A stretch of 55,233 bases of DNA from Candidatus Arcticimaribacter sp. (GTDB lineage Bacteria; Bacteroidota; Bacteroidia; Flavobacteriales; Flavobacteriaceae). The notes beneath the pieces were generated by a model that made no database searches, was not told where the DNA came from, and saw nothing but the letters and a program-made list of their open reading frames with translations. The stretch's first letter is position 1. Each line of letters starts with the position of its first letter. The DNA lies in the NCBI GenBank assembly GCA_011526285.1, contig WTJU01000021.1, positions 1 to 55,233 on the forward strand, read 5' to 3'. The translations under genes and the position numbers were made by a program. Below are positions 28,366 to 38,157 of this stretch, in pieces.

Positions 28366-30376
28366 GTCTTCACCAAAGCACCTCAATGCGCTAGCGCAAG
28401 AACAAAGCCCCTATTTGCAGCAGCACGCAAAAAATCCCGTGCAATGGTATCCTTGGCAGTCGCAATACCTTGAGCGTGCGCAAAAAGAGAATAAGCTTTT
28501 AATTATAAGTATTGGCTATGCCGCATGCCATTGGTGCCATGTCATGGAACATGAGTCTTTTGAAGACGAGGAAGTGGCCAATGTAATGAACAAATACTTC
28601 ATCAATCTGAAAGTAGATCGGGAGGAACGTCCAGATATAGATCATGTTTACATGCAAGCGCTGCAGCTATTAACTGGTCAAGGAGGTTGGCCGCTAAATA
28701 TTGTAGCCTTACCAGACGGAAGACCCGTTTGGGGAGGTACTTATTTTAGAAGAGAGCAATGGATAGATTATTTAAATCAATTGGTCAACCTGCAGCAAAA
28801 CAACCCTGAAAAACTGCTACAGTATGCCAAGCGTTTAACGCAAGGGATGAAGGAGCTAGCGATTGTTCGAAGTAGCTTTCCTCCTGTTTTAAAGCAAGAA
28901 CAACTCGATCAACTTTTTGATCGACTTCATCAAAAAATTGATGCTGTGCATGGCGGTATGGGAGGTGCACCTAAATTCATGATGCCTACTTTAGTTGATC
29001 TCTTTTTAGCTTCAAAACGCTTAAATGAGCACGCACATCTTACACTTCGCAAAATGGCTTTAGGAGGGTTGTTTGATGTGCTTGGGGGTGGTTTTTCTCG
29101 CTACTCGGTTGACCATCGTTGGCACGTGCCTCATTTTGAGAAAATGGGTTACGATAACGGGCAGTTATTAGCAACTTACAGTCGTGCTTACCGCGAAAAA
29201 GAAGACCTTCTTTACAAAGAAGTGGTAGACAAAACGGTTCGTTTTCTAATCCAAGAATTACAACACACATCGGGTGGGTTTTATGCTTCTTTAGATGCTG
29301 ATAGTTTGGATAAAAAAGGTGAGTTAACAGAAGGGGCTTATTATCTTTGGACAAAGGCCGAACTTGAATCGCTAGGCCTTTTGGAACAACCTCATTTTGA
29401 ATCTTACTTTGGTGTAAATAAAGCGGGGTATTGGGAACACGACAACTATGTGTTTTACAGAAATACACCCGCTCAAGAGTTTATCACACAGTATTCTTTA
29501 CCCTCAAACTTTAACCAACAAATTTCAATTTGGGAAAATGAACTTTTAGCCGCTCGAAGTAAACGCGCACGTCCTCGCTTAGACGACAAAATTATTTGCA
29601 GTTGGAATGCTATGATTGGAAGAGGATTATTAGAAGCGCACACTAGTTTCGAACAAAAAGAAGTGCTTGCAATTCTCACTAATTTGCTGCACTTTTTCCC
29701 TGTGCAGTTTCATCGTGAAGATGGAGGGCTCTTTCGCTTAAACAAACAAGGCGCTAGAGCCGTTAAAGGTTTTCTTGAGGACTATGCTCACCTCATTGCC
29801 TTTTATATTGATGCTTATGAAAAATTCTTTGAAACTGAATTATTAGACCGCGTAGCACAACTCATTGACTATTGTTTTCATCATTTTAAAACCGAAAACA
29901 CACCTTTGTTTCTCTTCTCAGAAGAACACGATTTAGTGGTTAGCACTCATGAAGTAAACGATAATGTTATTCCATCTTCCAATGCGGTTATGGCAGAGAA
30001 CTTGCTTCGTGCAGGAGTTCATTTGGGCAAAACCAAATGGAAGGAACATGGTGAAGCTATGTTGAGCAACATGGGAGAAGACGCTTTGGCCTATCCTAGA
30101 GCGCACAGCACTTGGTTACGATTACACCAACAGCATATTCAAGGAAATCGTGAGGTTGTGGTTGTTGGGCCAAATGCAATTCAATGGATTCAAATACTTA
30201 AAAAAACTCCGCTACCAATTCAACATTGGGCAGCTAGTGAAACCGCATCAGAACTTCCACTACTCAACTTTCGTTTTCAAGAAGGACAGACGTTAATTTA
30301 TTTGTGTGAAAATAATCAGTGCAGATTACCGCTTGACACGCTTGATGAAGCAAAAAAAGCACTTAAACTGACTTAG
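28358..30376 (+). CDS. YyaL/DUF255 family thioredoxin-domain plus six-hairpin glycosidase-like protein
   Basis: SPYLQQHAKNPV.W, CHWCHVMEHESF, KVDREERPD, GGWPL, RYSVD..W.VPHFEKM, SLDADS and DNVIPSSN. Confidence 0.9.
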   Translation: MAKSSPKHLNALAQEQSPYLQQHAKNPVQWYPWQSQYLERAQKENKLLIISIGYAACHWCHVMEHESFEDEEVANVMNKYFINLKVDREERPDIDHVYMQALQLLTGQGGWPLNIVALPDGRPVWGGTYFRREQWIDYLNQLVNLQQNNPEKLLQYAKRLTQGMKELAIVRSSFPPVLKQEQLDQLFDRLHQKIDAVHGGMGGAPKFMMPTLVDLFLASKRLNEHAHLTLRKMALGGLFDVLGGGFSRYSVDHRWHVPHFEKMGYDNGQLLATYSRAYREKEDLLYKEVVDKTVRFLIQELQHTSGGFYASLDADSLDKKGELTEGAYYLWTKAELESLGLLEQPHFESYFGVNKAGYWEHDNYVFYRNTPAQEFITQYSLPSNFNQQISIWENELLAARSKRARPRLDDKIICSWNAMIGRGLLEAHTSFEQKEVLAILTNLLHFFPVQFHREDGGLFRLNKQGARAVKGFLEDYAHLIAFYIDAYEKFFETELLDRVAQLIDYCFHHFKTENTPLFLFSEEHDLVVSTHEVNDNVIPSSNAVMAENLLRAGVHLGKTKWKEHGEAMLSNMGEDALAYPRAHSTWLRLHQQHIQGNREVVVVGPNAIQWIQILKKTPLPIQHWAASETASELPLLNFRFQEGQTLIYLCENNQCRLPLDTLDEAKKALKLT

Positions 30377-31052
30377 GTTTTGGTGCGTTCGTATAGAAGT
30401 CTTTCAAGTAAAATGGTTCAAAATAAGCCACGTCTTCAAACTGCTCTTGATTGAATTTTTCTAGAATTAATGGTAACATATCTTTTGCAGAAGGAACACG
30501 AATGTCATCGCGAAAGTGGAACTCCTCATCTGTAAAAAATGACTTGCATTTTTCAGCTCCACTCCCAAATAGAATTTTCTTCCCTTTGGGGAGTTGCGCA
30601 ATTGTCTCCTCAGAAATAATCAATGCTTTTGTCTGCGCTATTGGTTGTTGTTTTTGATTGAAAGGCATGGTGAATACTTCCATTCTACGGGCATCAATCA
30701 TTGGTAGTAGCGTTGCTTGTTCTTCTGTTTTACATTGCTGTGCCATTACAGCAAGGGAATTTACAGCCATTAAAGGGATATCATTAGCAAAACAAATTCC
30801 TTTGGCAGAGGAAACACCAATACGGAGACCAGTGTAAGATCCAGGTCCCATACTTACCCCTACCCCATTCAATTCATTAATCTTCACATTGGCGTTTGAT
30901 AATGCTTCTTCAATGAATAGATGTAAATAATCGCTATGGCGAAAATCAGGGGAGTTACTCTCTTTACAATAAAGTAGTTCTTCTCCTTTAGATACTGCAA
31001 CAGAGCAGTTAGTTGTTGCGGTTTCTAGGTGTAATAAATAAGGTTCTAACAT
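30363..31052 (-). CDS. tsaB: tRNA t6A biosynthesis protein TsaB
   Basis: LETATTNCSVA, GPGSYTGLRIG, IDARRMEV and EPFYLK. Confidence 0.95.
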   Translation of the reverse strand: MLEPYLLHLETATTNCSVAVSKGEELLYCKESNSPDFRHSDYLHLFIEEALSNANVKINELNGVGVSMGPGSYTGLRIGVSSAKGICFANDIPLMAVNSLAVMAQQCKTEEQATLLPMIDARRMEVFTMPFNQKQQPIAQTKALIISEETIAQLPKGKKILFGSGAEKCKSFFTDEEFHFRDDIRVPSAKDMLPLILEKFNQEQFEDVAYFEPFYLKDFYTNAPKPKSV

Positions 31053-31055
31053 TGT

Positions 31056-32024
31056 TTACCATGATTTAAGACCGAGTAATTTCTCCCCAAGAGGAGATAA
31101 CGCAGCCGTTGAATACTTGGTTTGCTCCCAATTTCTTGGATCCCCAGGGAAGGCATAACCCTCTGGAGCGATTCGGTTTTTCCATGAATTAATACGCCAC
31201 GATTTGAGCGCGGTATTTTCTTCTTCCGCTGGCATCATGGAAATATATTGTGCAATTCTCACTTTATCTTTGGAACGGTTTGGGCGAATACCGTGTGGTA
31301 AAGTGCTGTTGAATATCAATAAATCGCCAGCTTCTAATTTTACTTTTACAAGTTTGTCTTCTAAACCACTTATATCAGGCTGGAAACGATTACGGTCTTC
31401 GGGTTGTGTTTTCTTCCATTCATCATAATGGCGGTACAGCCAAGGGATGCATTGAAAGCCTCCCATGTTTTCATCGGTCTGATCAGCCAAAGCTAAAACT
31501 CCCTGTACATTTTGTGGTCTGGTTTCTGGGTCGTAGTCCCAATGTATAAAACCTTTATATTCAAATCCTGGTTGAATAGGGAAGTTAAGGTTGGCTCTAT
31601 CAATGGTAACCCAAAGTTTTTCTGTACCCCAAACATCTGTAAATGCTTTGTAGACTTTTTCCGTTTGGCGGTTATTCCATAGGTTTTGGTGGTTATAAAC
31701 CTCAACCATACCTGTACCGGCAAGTTCTTTCATCTTCATTTCGGCTCTTGGCTGGGTGTACCAAGTGGAAGGGTCTTCTGGATTTTTCTCTTCAAATTCC
31801 CAAAGGAAAGAAGCGGTAGCCTGAGCCTGTGTTTTTGAAACAGCAGCTTTTATGACAACATATCCATGCTGCTGCCAATGGTTCCATTGTTCCTCTGAGA
31901 GCAAATTCAACGGTTCATTGTTTTTGCGTTGATTGAGCTGTAAAGTACTAGATTTTGCTGTAGAAGGATTTCCAGGAATATCTAAGTGGGCATTTTCATA
32001 GCCCTTTGAAGCATTGTTTTTCAT
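31056..32024 (-). CDS. Phytanoyl-CoA dioxygenase (PhyH) family Fe(II)/2-oxoglutarate oxygenase
   Basis: GYVVIK, HxD motif (IHWD), QGVLAL, GGFQCIP, AGDLLIFNSTLPHG and R.AQY. Confidence 0.85.
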   Translation of the reverse strand: MKNNASKGYENAHLDIPGNPSTAKSSTLQLNQRKNNEPLNLLSEEQWNHWQQHGYVVIKAAVSKTQAQATASFLWEFEEKNPEDPSTWYTQPRAEMKMKELAGTGMVEVYNHQNLWNNRQTEKVYKAFTDVWGTEKLWVTIDRANLNFPIQPGFEYKGFIHWDYDPETRPQNVQGVLALADQTDENMGGFQCIPWLYRHYDEWKKTQPEDRNRFQPDISGLEDKLVKVKLEAGDLLIFNSTLPHGIRPNRSKDKVRIAQYISMMPAEEENTALKSWRINSWKNRIAPEGYAFPGDPRNWEQTKYSTAALSPLGEKLLGLKSW

Positions 32025-32083
32025 GTTGCGTTGCTTTAGGGTAAACCCAAAGTACAAAAAAATCTATACTCCTTTTATCACGT

Positions 32084-33508
32084 TTAAAAACTTAGTGGAA
32101 CACCAAAATAAAACTCGACTACCTTCAGTTTAAAAATGTAATCATACTTCGCCCTTACTTCATCAGAAACTGCTGCTTCATAGCGTTGTTTTATTTGGGC
32201 ATAGTCAAAGGAATTTAGCACTCCAGCTTCGAAACGCTTTTGGGCATTGTCAAATGCGTTCAAGCGGGTTTGTGAAGTACGCTGAGCTGCTTCATAAAAA
32301 GTAAATGCCCCTTTTGCATCGTTATAGGCTTGATTGATGTTGGTCTCTAAGTCGAGCTGCTGTTGTTCTTTTATGTTCTTAGTGCGTTCTAAATTTATTT
32401 TGCTTCGTCTAAGGTTGTTTTTAGCGGAAAATGCATTAAAGATTGGAATGCTTAATTGAATTCCAAAATTGTGTCCATCATTCAATCCCAACTGATCGGC
32501 AATTGGTAAGGGAGCAACAACTTCGCGTCCCTCTACTCGTGTGTTTACTACTTCACCTGTAGAGCGCACAAATCCGATAGGCACGTCTGTAAATTCTCCT
32601 GTTCCGCGTAAGCGGTCAGCATAAGACAAACGGGTGCTGTAACCATAAAAGGCACTCAATCGGGGCTGTAAACTTCCTTTTGCGAGGGCTATGTCTGTTT
32701 CAGCAATCTCGACATTGGTCTCTGCTAGTTTAATGTCATTGCGAAAGCTCAACGATTTTTGATAGATCGCTTTTGGTGATTCCCCCATTACTTCTGAAAA
32801 AGGAACATCCACATCAATCATCTCAATTGCAAAATTTTCATAATCGGTTATATTCAACAACTGTGCTAGATTGATTTTTGCTAAACGCAAGTTATTTTCA
32901 GCTTGCACAACCGCTTGTTCTTGCGTGGCAATTGTCGCTTCGAGTTCTAGATTATCTGCAATGGTTAATACTCCAGAAGAAATCAATTCTTGGGTACGTT
33001 TTAAATCATTTTTTGAAACCGCTAATTGTGCTTTTTGCACCCCAAGTATTTCTTGGTTAAACATGATTTGCAAATAACCATTGGCCACCAATAAGGCGAT
33101 GTCATCGCTAATGTCAGCCAATTGGTATTGGCGTGCTAACAATGCGAGATTTGCACGGTGTAACTGATTAAAGTTTTGCTTTCCACCATAGATGTCCATT
33201 CCAAGGTTTACTCCGGCTGAGGAGAACTGTGTGGTTACATTTTCCAAAAGACCAGTGGTAATATTTTGGTTCAAACCTATGTTCCAAGAATGGTTCGCAT
33301 TTGCATTTACAGAAGGTAAGAAATTGGCAAAAGCTGTTCTTTTTTCAATTTCTGCTGTGGCATAATCAAGTTGGTTTTGACGAATGGTGATGTTATTCTC
33401 CAATGCCAACTCAACACATTCTTGCAGGGTCCACTGCTTTTGTTGGGCAGATAAAATTCCTCCTATAAGTAAGGATAAAGATAGGGTAAGGATAGAATGT
33501 TTTTTCAT
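32084..33508 (-). CDS. TolC family outer membrane efflux protein
   Basis: Signal peptide, WTLQECVELALENN, FLPSVN, LSIPIFN and AKYDYIFK..EFYFG. Confidence 0.92.
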   Translation of the reverse strand: MKKHSILTLSLSLLIGGILSAQQKQWTLQECVELALENNITIRQNQLDYATAEIEKRTAFANFLPSVNANANHSWNIGLNQNITTGLLENVTTQFSSAGVNLGMDIYGGKQNFNQLHRANLALLARQYQLADISDDIALLVANGYLQIMFNQEILGVQKAQLAVSKNDLKRTQELISSGVLTIADNLELEATIATQEQAVVQAENNLRLAKINLAQLLNITDYENFAIEMIDVDVPFSEVMGESPKAIYQKSLSFRNDIKLAETNVEIAETDIALAKGSLQPRLSAFYGYSTRLSYADRLRGTGEFTDVPIGFVRSTGEVVNTRVEGREVVAPLPIADQLGLNDGHNFGIQLSIPIFNAFSAKNNLRRSKINLERTKNIKEQQQLDLETNINQAYNDAKGAFTFYEAAQRTSQTRLNAFDNAQKRFEAGVLNSFDYAQIKQRYEAAVSDEVRAKYDYIFKLKVVEFYFGVPLSF

Positions 33509-33515
33509 GAGATGT

Positions 33516-34646
33516 TTATTCATTTTCAGAAGTTTCTTCCTCGCCTATTTTCTTTTCTTCCGTTTTGTTCCAGACTTTGATTTTGTCTTCTAGGGTAACT
33601 CCTGAGATGATTTCAACGTTAATCCCATCAGAAATCCCTATTTCAATGTCTTTACGCTCGAACTTTTGCTCGCCAACTTCTATTTCTACGTAGGCTTGTT
33701 CGGTGCTTTTATCAAACTGTAAAAGTGCTTCAGGTAACGCTAGAATGCTGTCTTTACGCTCTAAAACTAAAGAAGCATTTGCACTGTAGCCTGCACGCAC
33801 AAAGAAATTATCGTCTAAGGTTACATCTCCTTCAATTTTAAACTGTACAGCACCTTGTTCTTCATTTCCTTTGGGCGCAATAAACTTTAATTTAGCATCA
33901 AAGGTTTTGTCTTGAATTGCACCAAGACTTACGCTCAATGGCATTCCTATTTGCATTTTACCAACCTCAGCTTCATCGACCTTCCCTTCAAAAATCATCT
34001 TCTTTAAATCTGCAATGATCGCAATAGTGGTTCCTGCGTTAAAGGCGTTACTTGCAATAACTTGCCCTCCTTCTTTCACAGGTAATTCTAGTACTGTTCC
34101 AGAAACTGTTGCCCGAACATTAGTGTTGGCAGAAGCTGAACCTCCAGCAGATCCTAATTTTATGATTTCGTAGTCACTTTGGGCGTTGTTTACATCTTGT
34201 TTCGCGCGATTGTAATTAAGCTCAGCCGACTGAAATTCTTGTTGGGAGATAATTTCTTTATCGAACAGGACTTTGTTTCGCTTGTACTCAATCTCTGCGT
34301 TTTTGAGGACTATTTTTGCATTGGCTAAACGTCCTTTTGCACCATTTAATTGACCTTCATCGGCCACTACTTTAATTTTAGCAAGTAATTGTCCTTCACT
34401 AACAAAATCACCTTCTTCTACAAAGAGTGATTCTAGAATTCCTTGCACCTGTGGTTTTACTTCCACTTCGTCTTCTGGGATTACTTTCCCCGTAGCAACG
34501 GTTTTCTTTTCGATTGAGGTAATGAGTGCCGTTTGAGTTTCATAGGTAATGCTAGCTGTGCTGTTTGACTTTATAAAGTAGGCGGCAGCAAATAGCACTC
34601 CAAAAAGAATGAAGGCAATGAGTAAATAACGGACGATTTTGTTCAT
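33516..34646 (-). CDS. Periplasmic adaptor (membrane fusion protein, MacA-like)
   Basis: N-terminal TM, ATGKVIP..EV.VKPQV.G, helical hairpin, VDEAEVGK and RAGYSANA. Confidence 0.92.
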   Translation of the reverse strand: MNKIVRYLLIAFILFGVLFAAAYFIKSNSTASITYETQTALITSIEKKTVATGKVIPEDEVEVKPQVQGILESLFVEEGDFVSEGQLLAKIKVVADEGQLNGAKGRLANAKIVLKNAEIEYKRNKVLFDKEIISQQEFQSAELNYNRAKQDVNNAQSDYEIIKLGSAGGSASANTNVRATVSGTVLELPVKEGGQVIASNAFNAGTTIAIIADLKKMIFEGKVDEAEVGKMQIGMPLSVSLGAIQDKTFDAKLKFIAPKGNEEQGAVQFKIEGDVTLDDNFFVRAGYSANASLVLERKDSILALPEALLQFDKSTEQAYVEIEVGEQKFERKDIEIGISDGINVEIISGVTLEDKIKVWNKTEEKKIGEEETSENE

Positions 34647-34672
34647 AACAAGGGTTCTTATTTAATTATATT

Positions 34673-35947
34673 TTATTCTTCTCTTAAAGCGTCGATGGGT
34701 TTTATACTCACCGCGCGTTGTGCTGGTATTAAACCAATTAATGTTCCTAAGGTGACCATGATTAATAATGCACCCAAAACAAAAGAAATGGGAACAGTTG
34801 GATTGGTGTAGGGAAAATCTTCTAGGTTGGCGGTTCCAGCATTTATTCCTGCCAAAACAAAAGCGCCTAAAACAATTCCAAAGATTCCAGCAACTACAGT
34901 AAGGAAAACAGACTCTAGAATGATTTGCATGCGAACCTCAGAGGGTGTTGCGCCCAATGCACGGCGTACACCTAATTCTTTTGTTCGCTCTTTAACTGAA
35001 ATTAAAAGGATATTCCCAATACCAATGACTCCTGCGATTATTGTAGCGATTCCCACTACTAAAGACAAGAAAGTCATTCCACGTGCAAAGCCCATGATTC
35101 GATTGAATACTTCTCCTAAATTAAACGAGCCAAAAGCGCGTTCATCTCGTGGGTCAACACGATGAATTCGTTTGAGTGTTTGCTTTACATTTTTTTCTAC
35201 GGCTACCACATCAACATCATCAAAGGCTGCTATGGTAAACCAGTCGACATCGTCGCCAGTATTGTATAATTTTCTAAAGGTTGCAAAGGGGATAAAAACA
35301 TCTCCGTCACTTTCAAAACCACCACCAGGAACAAATTTATGTACACCGATGACTTGAAAATAGATGTCATCTATTCGGATGAATTGCCCTACAGGTTCTT
35401 CTCCCTCTTCAAATAATTCTTTTTGGGTACGTTCACCAATTACACAAACTTTTCGTGACTCATCAATATCTGACTGGTTAATGAAACGACCGTTATTGTA
35501 AATCTTCTTGGTCGCAATCTTGGTGTACTCAGGAAAATCTCCATAGATGTTGTACGTTCCAGATTTTGTTCCACGAACAATTTGAGCTCCCCCGCCTCCA
35601 AAAGCACCACGTGTGTTGCGGGGTGCGATGAATTGAATTTCTGGCACATTGTTTTTTAATATCTGCGCATCTTGAAGTTTTAATTGGGGGTTTCTCCCTG
35701 TTTTAAATCCATCATACGGCATACTTGTACGTTGTGCCCAAACGAACATTGAGTTCATGGCAATGTTCTCAAATTCGCGTTCAAAACCGTTATCTAGTCC
35801 GTTGGCCGAGCCCGATAGAGCGATATAAATAAATATTCCCCATAAGACACCAATTATTGTAATGATGGTTCGAACTTTATTTTTTTGGATAGATCCAAAA
35901 ATTTCTTGCCAGGTATCGCGATCAAAAATAATTTTTAAACTATTCAT
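34673..35947 (-). CDS. ABC transporter permease (MacB/FtsX-like)
   Basis: NKVRT..T..GV, a large periplasmic domain, GIGNI.LISVKERTKELGVRRALGA and IKPIDALREE. Confidence 0.92.
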   Translation of the reverse strand: MNSLKIIFDRDTWQEIFGSIQKNKVRTIITIIGVLWGIFIYIALSGSANGLDNGFEREFENIAMNSMFVWAQRTSMPYDGFKTGRNPQLKLQDAQILKNNVPEIQFIAPRNTRGAFGGGGAQIVRGTKSGTYNIYGDFPEYTKIATKKIYNNGRFINQSDIDESRKVCVIGERTQKELFEEGEEPVGQFIRIDDIYFQVIGVHKFVPGGGFESDGDVFIPFATFRKLYNTGDDVDWFTIAAFDDVDVVAVEKNVKQTLKRIHRVDPRDERAFGSFNLGEVFNRIMGFARGMTFLSLVVGIATIIAGVIGIGNILLISVKERTKELGVRRALGATPSEVRMQIILESVFLTVVAGIFGIVLGAFVLAGINAGTANLEDFPYTNPTVPISFVLGALLIMVTLGTLIGLIPAQRAVSIKPIDALREE

Positions 35948-37169
35948 CTCTTAAAGCAACTATAGGTTTAATGCTTGCTGCACGTTTGGCCGGTACGTAA
36001 CCAGCGATTCCACCAAATAGGATTAGAATTAGCGTTGAAAACAATGCGGTTTCAATATCAATGTAGGGGTTCTTTATAAAGTAGTCTTCTAGACTTTCTC
36101 CCATATTGTTGAGTATAAGTACACCAATGGCCATACCAACAAAACCAGATATGGTTGTAATAAAAATGGACTCTTGTAAAATCATTTGAATTACTGATTT
36201 TGGGGTGGCTCCAAGGGCTTTACGTATTCCTAGTTCTTTTGTTCGTTCTTTCACAACAAACACCATAATATTTGATATCCCAATGATTCCAGCGATTAGC
36301 GTTCCTAAACCAACAAAAGTGACGATCAATTGTAAGACATTAGCAAACTGTTGGTTTTGCTTTAACTGATCGGCAACGTTACGGATAAATATCCCTCTTG
36401 GATCGCTTGGTGCGATTGACTTTTTATCTTTCAAATAGCTGCGCAATTCTTTTTCAAATGCTAAGGCTCCAGCATGTCCTAGTTCTGGTCTGAAGGCAAC
36501 AATTATTTGATCGAGTTTGTCGTTTCCTTTTTCAAGTGATTGACGTGTGGTGTATGGAATATAAATGAAGCGTTCCTCATTGTCTCCTCCATCGTCTTGA
36601 AAAACACCCACTACTTTAAATACACTATTTCCCACATCAATGAATTTCCCGATGGGATCTTCTTGTTTGAAAAGGTCTAGGGCTACTAAACGACCAATAA
36701 CGGCATGTTTGCTTTTATTTTTAACATCAAGTTCGTTGATATAACGTCCTTTCATGATAATGGTCTTCTCGGCATATTGATGATCTGGCCCAACTGCTCG
36801 GGTGGTGTAATTATCGAATTCATTTTTGTAACGAACAGAGGCACCACGTGAAATACGTGGAGTAATGTATTCTAAAAAGAAAGAAAAGTTTTCTTTAATG
36901 TCTTTTAAATCGCTGTTTTCGAATTCAATTCGCCGATTGGCTTTAAAGCCTCTATAGGGTTTAGATGTACTGCCTGCAAATAGGTATAGGGTATTAGTAG
37001 CATCATCTAAGAAAAATTCTTTGAATGTATTTTTCAATCCATTTCCAAAACCAAAAAGTATAATGAAGATAAGTATCCCTAGGGCTACTGTAAAGCCAGA
37101 AAGAAACGTACGAAGCTTGTTCTTTCGTATGGTTTCAAATATTTCTTGCCAACGATCTCTATTGAACAT
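35940..37169 (-). CDS. ABC transporter permease (MacB/FtsX-like)
   Basis: NKLRTFLSG, GISNIMVFVVKERTKELGIRKALGA and IKPIVALRDE. Confidence 0.92.
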   Translation of the reverse strand: MFNRDRWQEIFETIRKNKLRTFLSGFTVALGILIFIILFGFGNGLKNTFKEFFLDDATNTLYLFAGSTSKPYRGFKANRRIEFENSDLKDIKENFSFFLEYITPRISRGASVRYKNEFDNYTTRAVGPDHQYAEKTIIMKGRYINELDVKNKSKHAVIGRLVALDLFKQEDPIGKFIDVGNSVFKVVGVFQDDGGDNEERFIYIPYTTRQSLEKGNDKLDQIIVAFRPELGHAGALAFEKELRSYLKDKKSIAPSDPRGIFIRNVADQLKQNQQFANVLQLIVTFVGLGTLIAGIIGISNIMVFVVKERTKELGIRKALGATPKSVIQMILQESIFITTISGFVGMAIGVLILNNMGESLEDYFIKNPYIDIETALFSTLILILFGGIAGYVPAKRAASIKPIVALRDE

Positions 37170-37863
37170 ACTGTGCGGCTAAAACTTGATCTACTTTTGT
37201 GTCTTCAACAATCACTCCGTCTTTAAGACGGACAATGCGTTTACACATTTGTGCAATGTCTTCTTCGTGGGTTACTACCAGTATGGTTTTCCCCTCTTGA
37301 TTTATCTTCTGTATGAGATCCATAACCTCATATGAGGTGGTTGTGTCAAGTGCTCCGGTTGGCTCATCTGCTAATAATAACTTTGGTTCAGAAGCCATGG
37401 CACGTGCAATAGCAACGCGTTGCTTTTGTCCTCCAGATAATTCGCTGGGCAGGTGAGTGGCCCAATCTGCTAGACCAACAGATGAGAGATAGCGCAGCGC
37501 CTTTTCTTGACGTTCTTTACGATTCACCCCTTGGTAATATAAGGGTAGTGAAACATTTTCTAAGGCCGTTTTGTAGTTGATGAGATTAAAAGACTGGAAG
37601 ATAAAACCCAAAAATTTGTTGCGGTATTTAGCTGCTTTGGTTTCGTCTAAGTCTTCAATTAAAACACTATCTAGCTCATAGGTTCCTTCATCCAAAACAT
37701 CTAGCATCCCCAATATATTGAGTAAAGTAGATTTCCCAGAACCCGAAGATCCCATAATAGCGACAAGTTCCCCGTCTTCTATATCGAGGTTTATTCCTTT
37801 TAAAACATGCAGGGAAGAACTTCCCATTTTGTAGGACTTGTGTAAATCGTTGATTTTTATCAT
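37159..37863 (-). CDS. ABC transporter ATP-binding protein (LolD/MacB-like)
   Basis: Walker [25 protein letters not shown] signature, LLLADEPTG and VTH. Confidence 0.95.
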   Translation of the reverse strand: MIKINDLHKSYKMGSSSLHVLKGINLDIEDGELVAIMGSSGSGKSTLLNILGMLDVLDEGTYELDSVLIEDLDETKAAKYRNKFLGFIFQSFNLINYKTALENVSLPLYYQGVNRKERQEKALRYLSSVGLADWATHLPSELSGGQKQRVAIARAMASEPKLLLADEPTGALDTTTSYEVMDLIQKINQEGKTILVVTHEEDIAQMCKRIVRLKDGVIVEDTKVDQVLAAQYVQ

Positions 37864-37895
37864 AGCAAAAGCGTGACAGTGTCTAATGCTTATAT

Positions 37896-37921
37896 GACGA
37901 TTGAATGATTGAAATGTTACA
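37896..37921 (-). promoter_or_regulatory. Candidate ECF sigma promoter TGTAAC-N16-CGTC
   Basis: The minus strand reads TGTAAC atttcaatcattcaat CGTC, ending 32 bp before the ABC ATPase ATG. Confidence 0.55.
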
Positions 37922-37935
37922 CCCTTGGGGCGAAA

Positions 37936-38157
37936 TTATTTGTACATCATTTTATACACTACAAAACCTACTACTGTAACTAATATGTAAGGCATAGCCA
38001 TAAGGTAAACTATCCCATCATTAATTCCTTTGGCTGTTGCTTGTCCTTCTTCAGATTCTAATACTGCTCGACACATAGAACATTGAGCAGAAAGTGAATC
38101 TGGAAAAAAGACCAGCATCAAAAAAAATAATCCGAAAAGGAGTTTTAGTTGTTTCAT
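37936..38157 (-). CDS. Small conserved membrane protein with a CxxC motif (AQCSMC)
   Basis: Signal-like N-terminus, QCSMCRAVLES, GINDGIVYLM and a C-terminal TM; abuts the DUF420 gene. Confidence 0.75.
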   Translation of the reverse strand: MKQLKLLFGLFFLMLVFFPDSLSAQCSMCRAVLESEEGQATAKGINDGIVYLMAMPYILVTVVGFVVYKMMYK

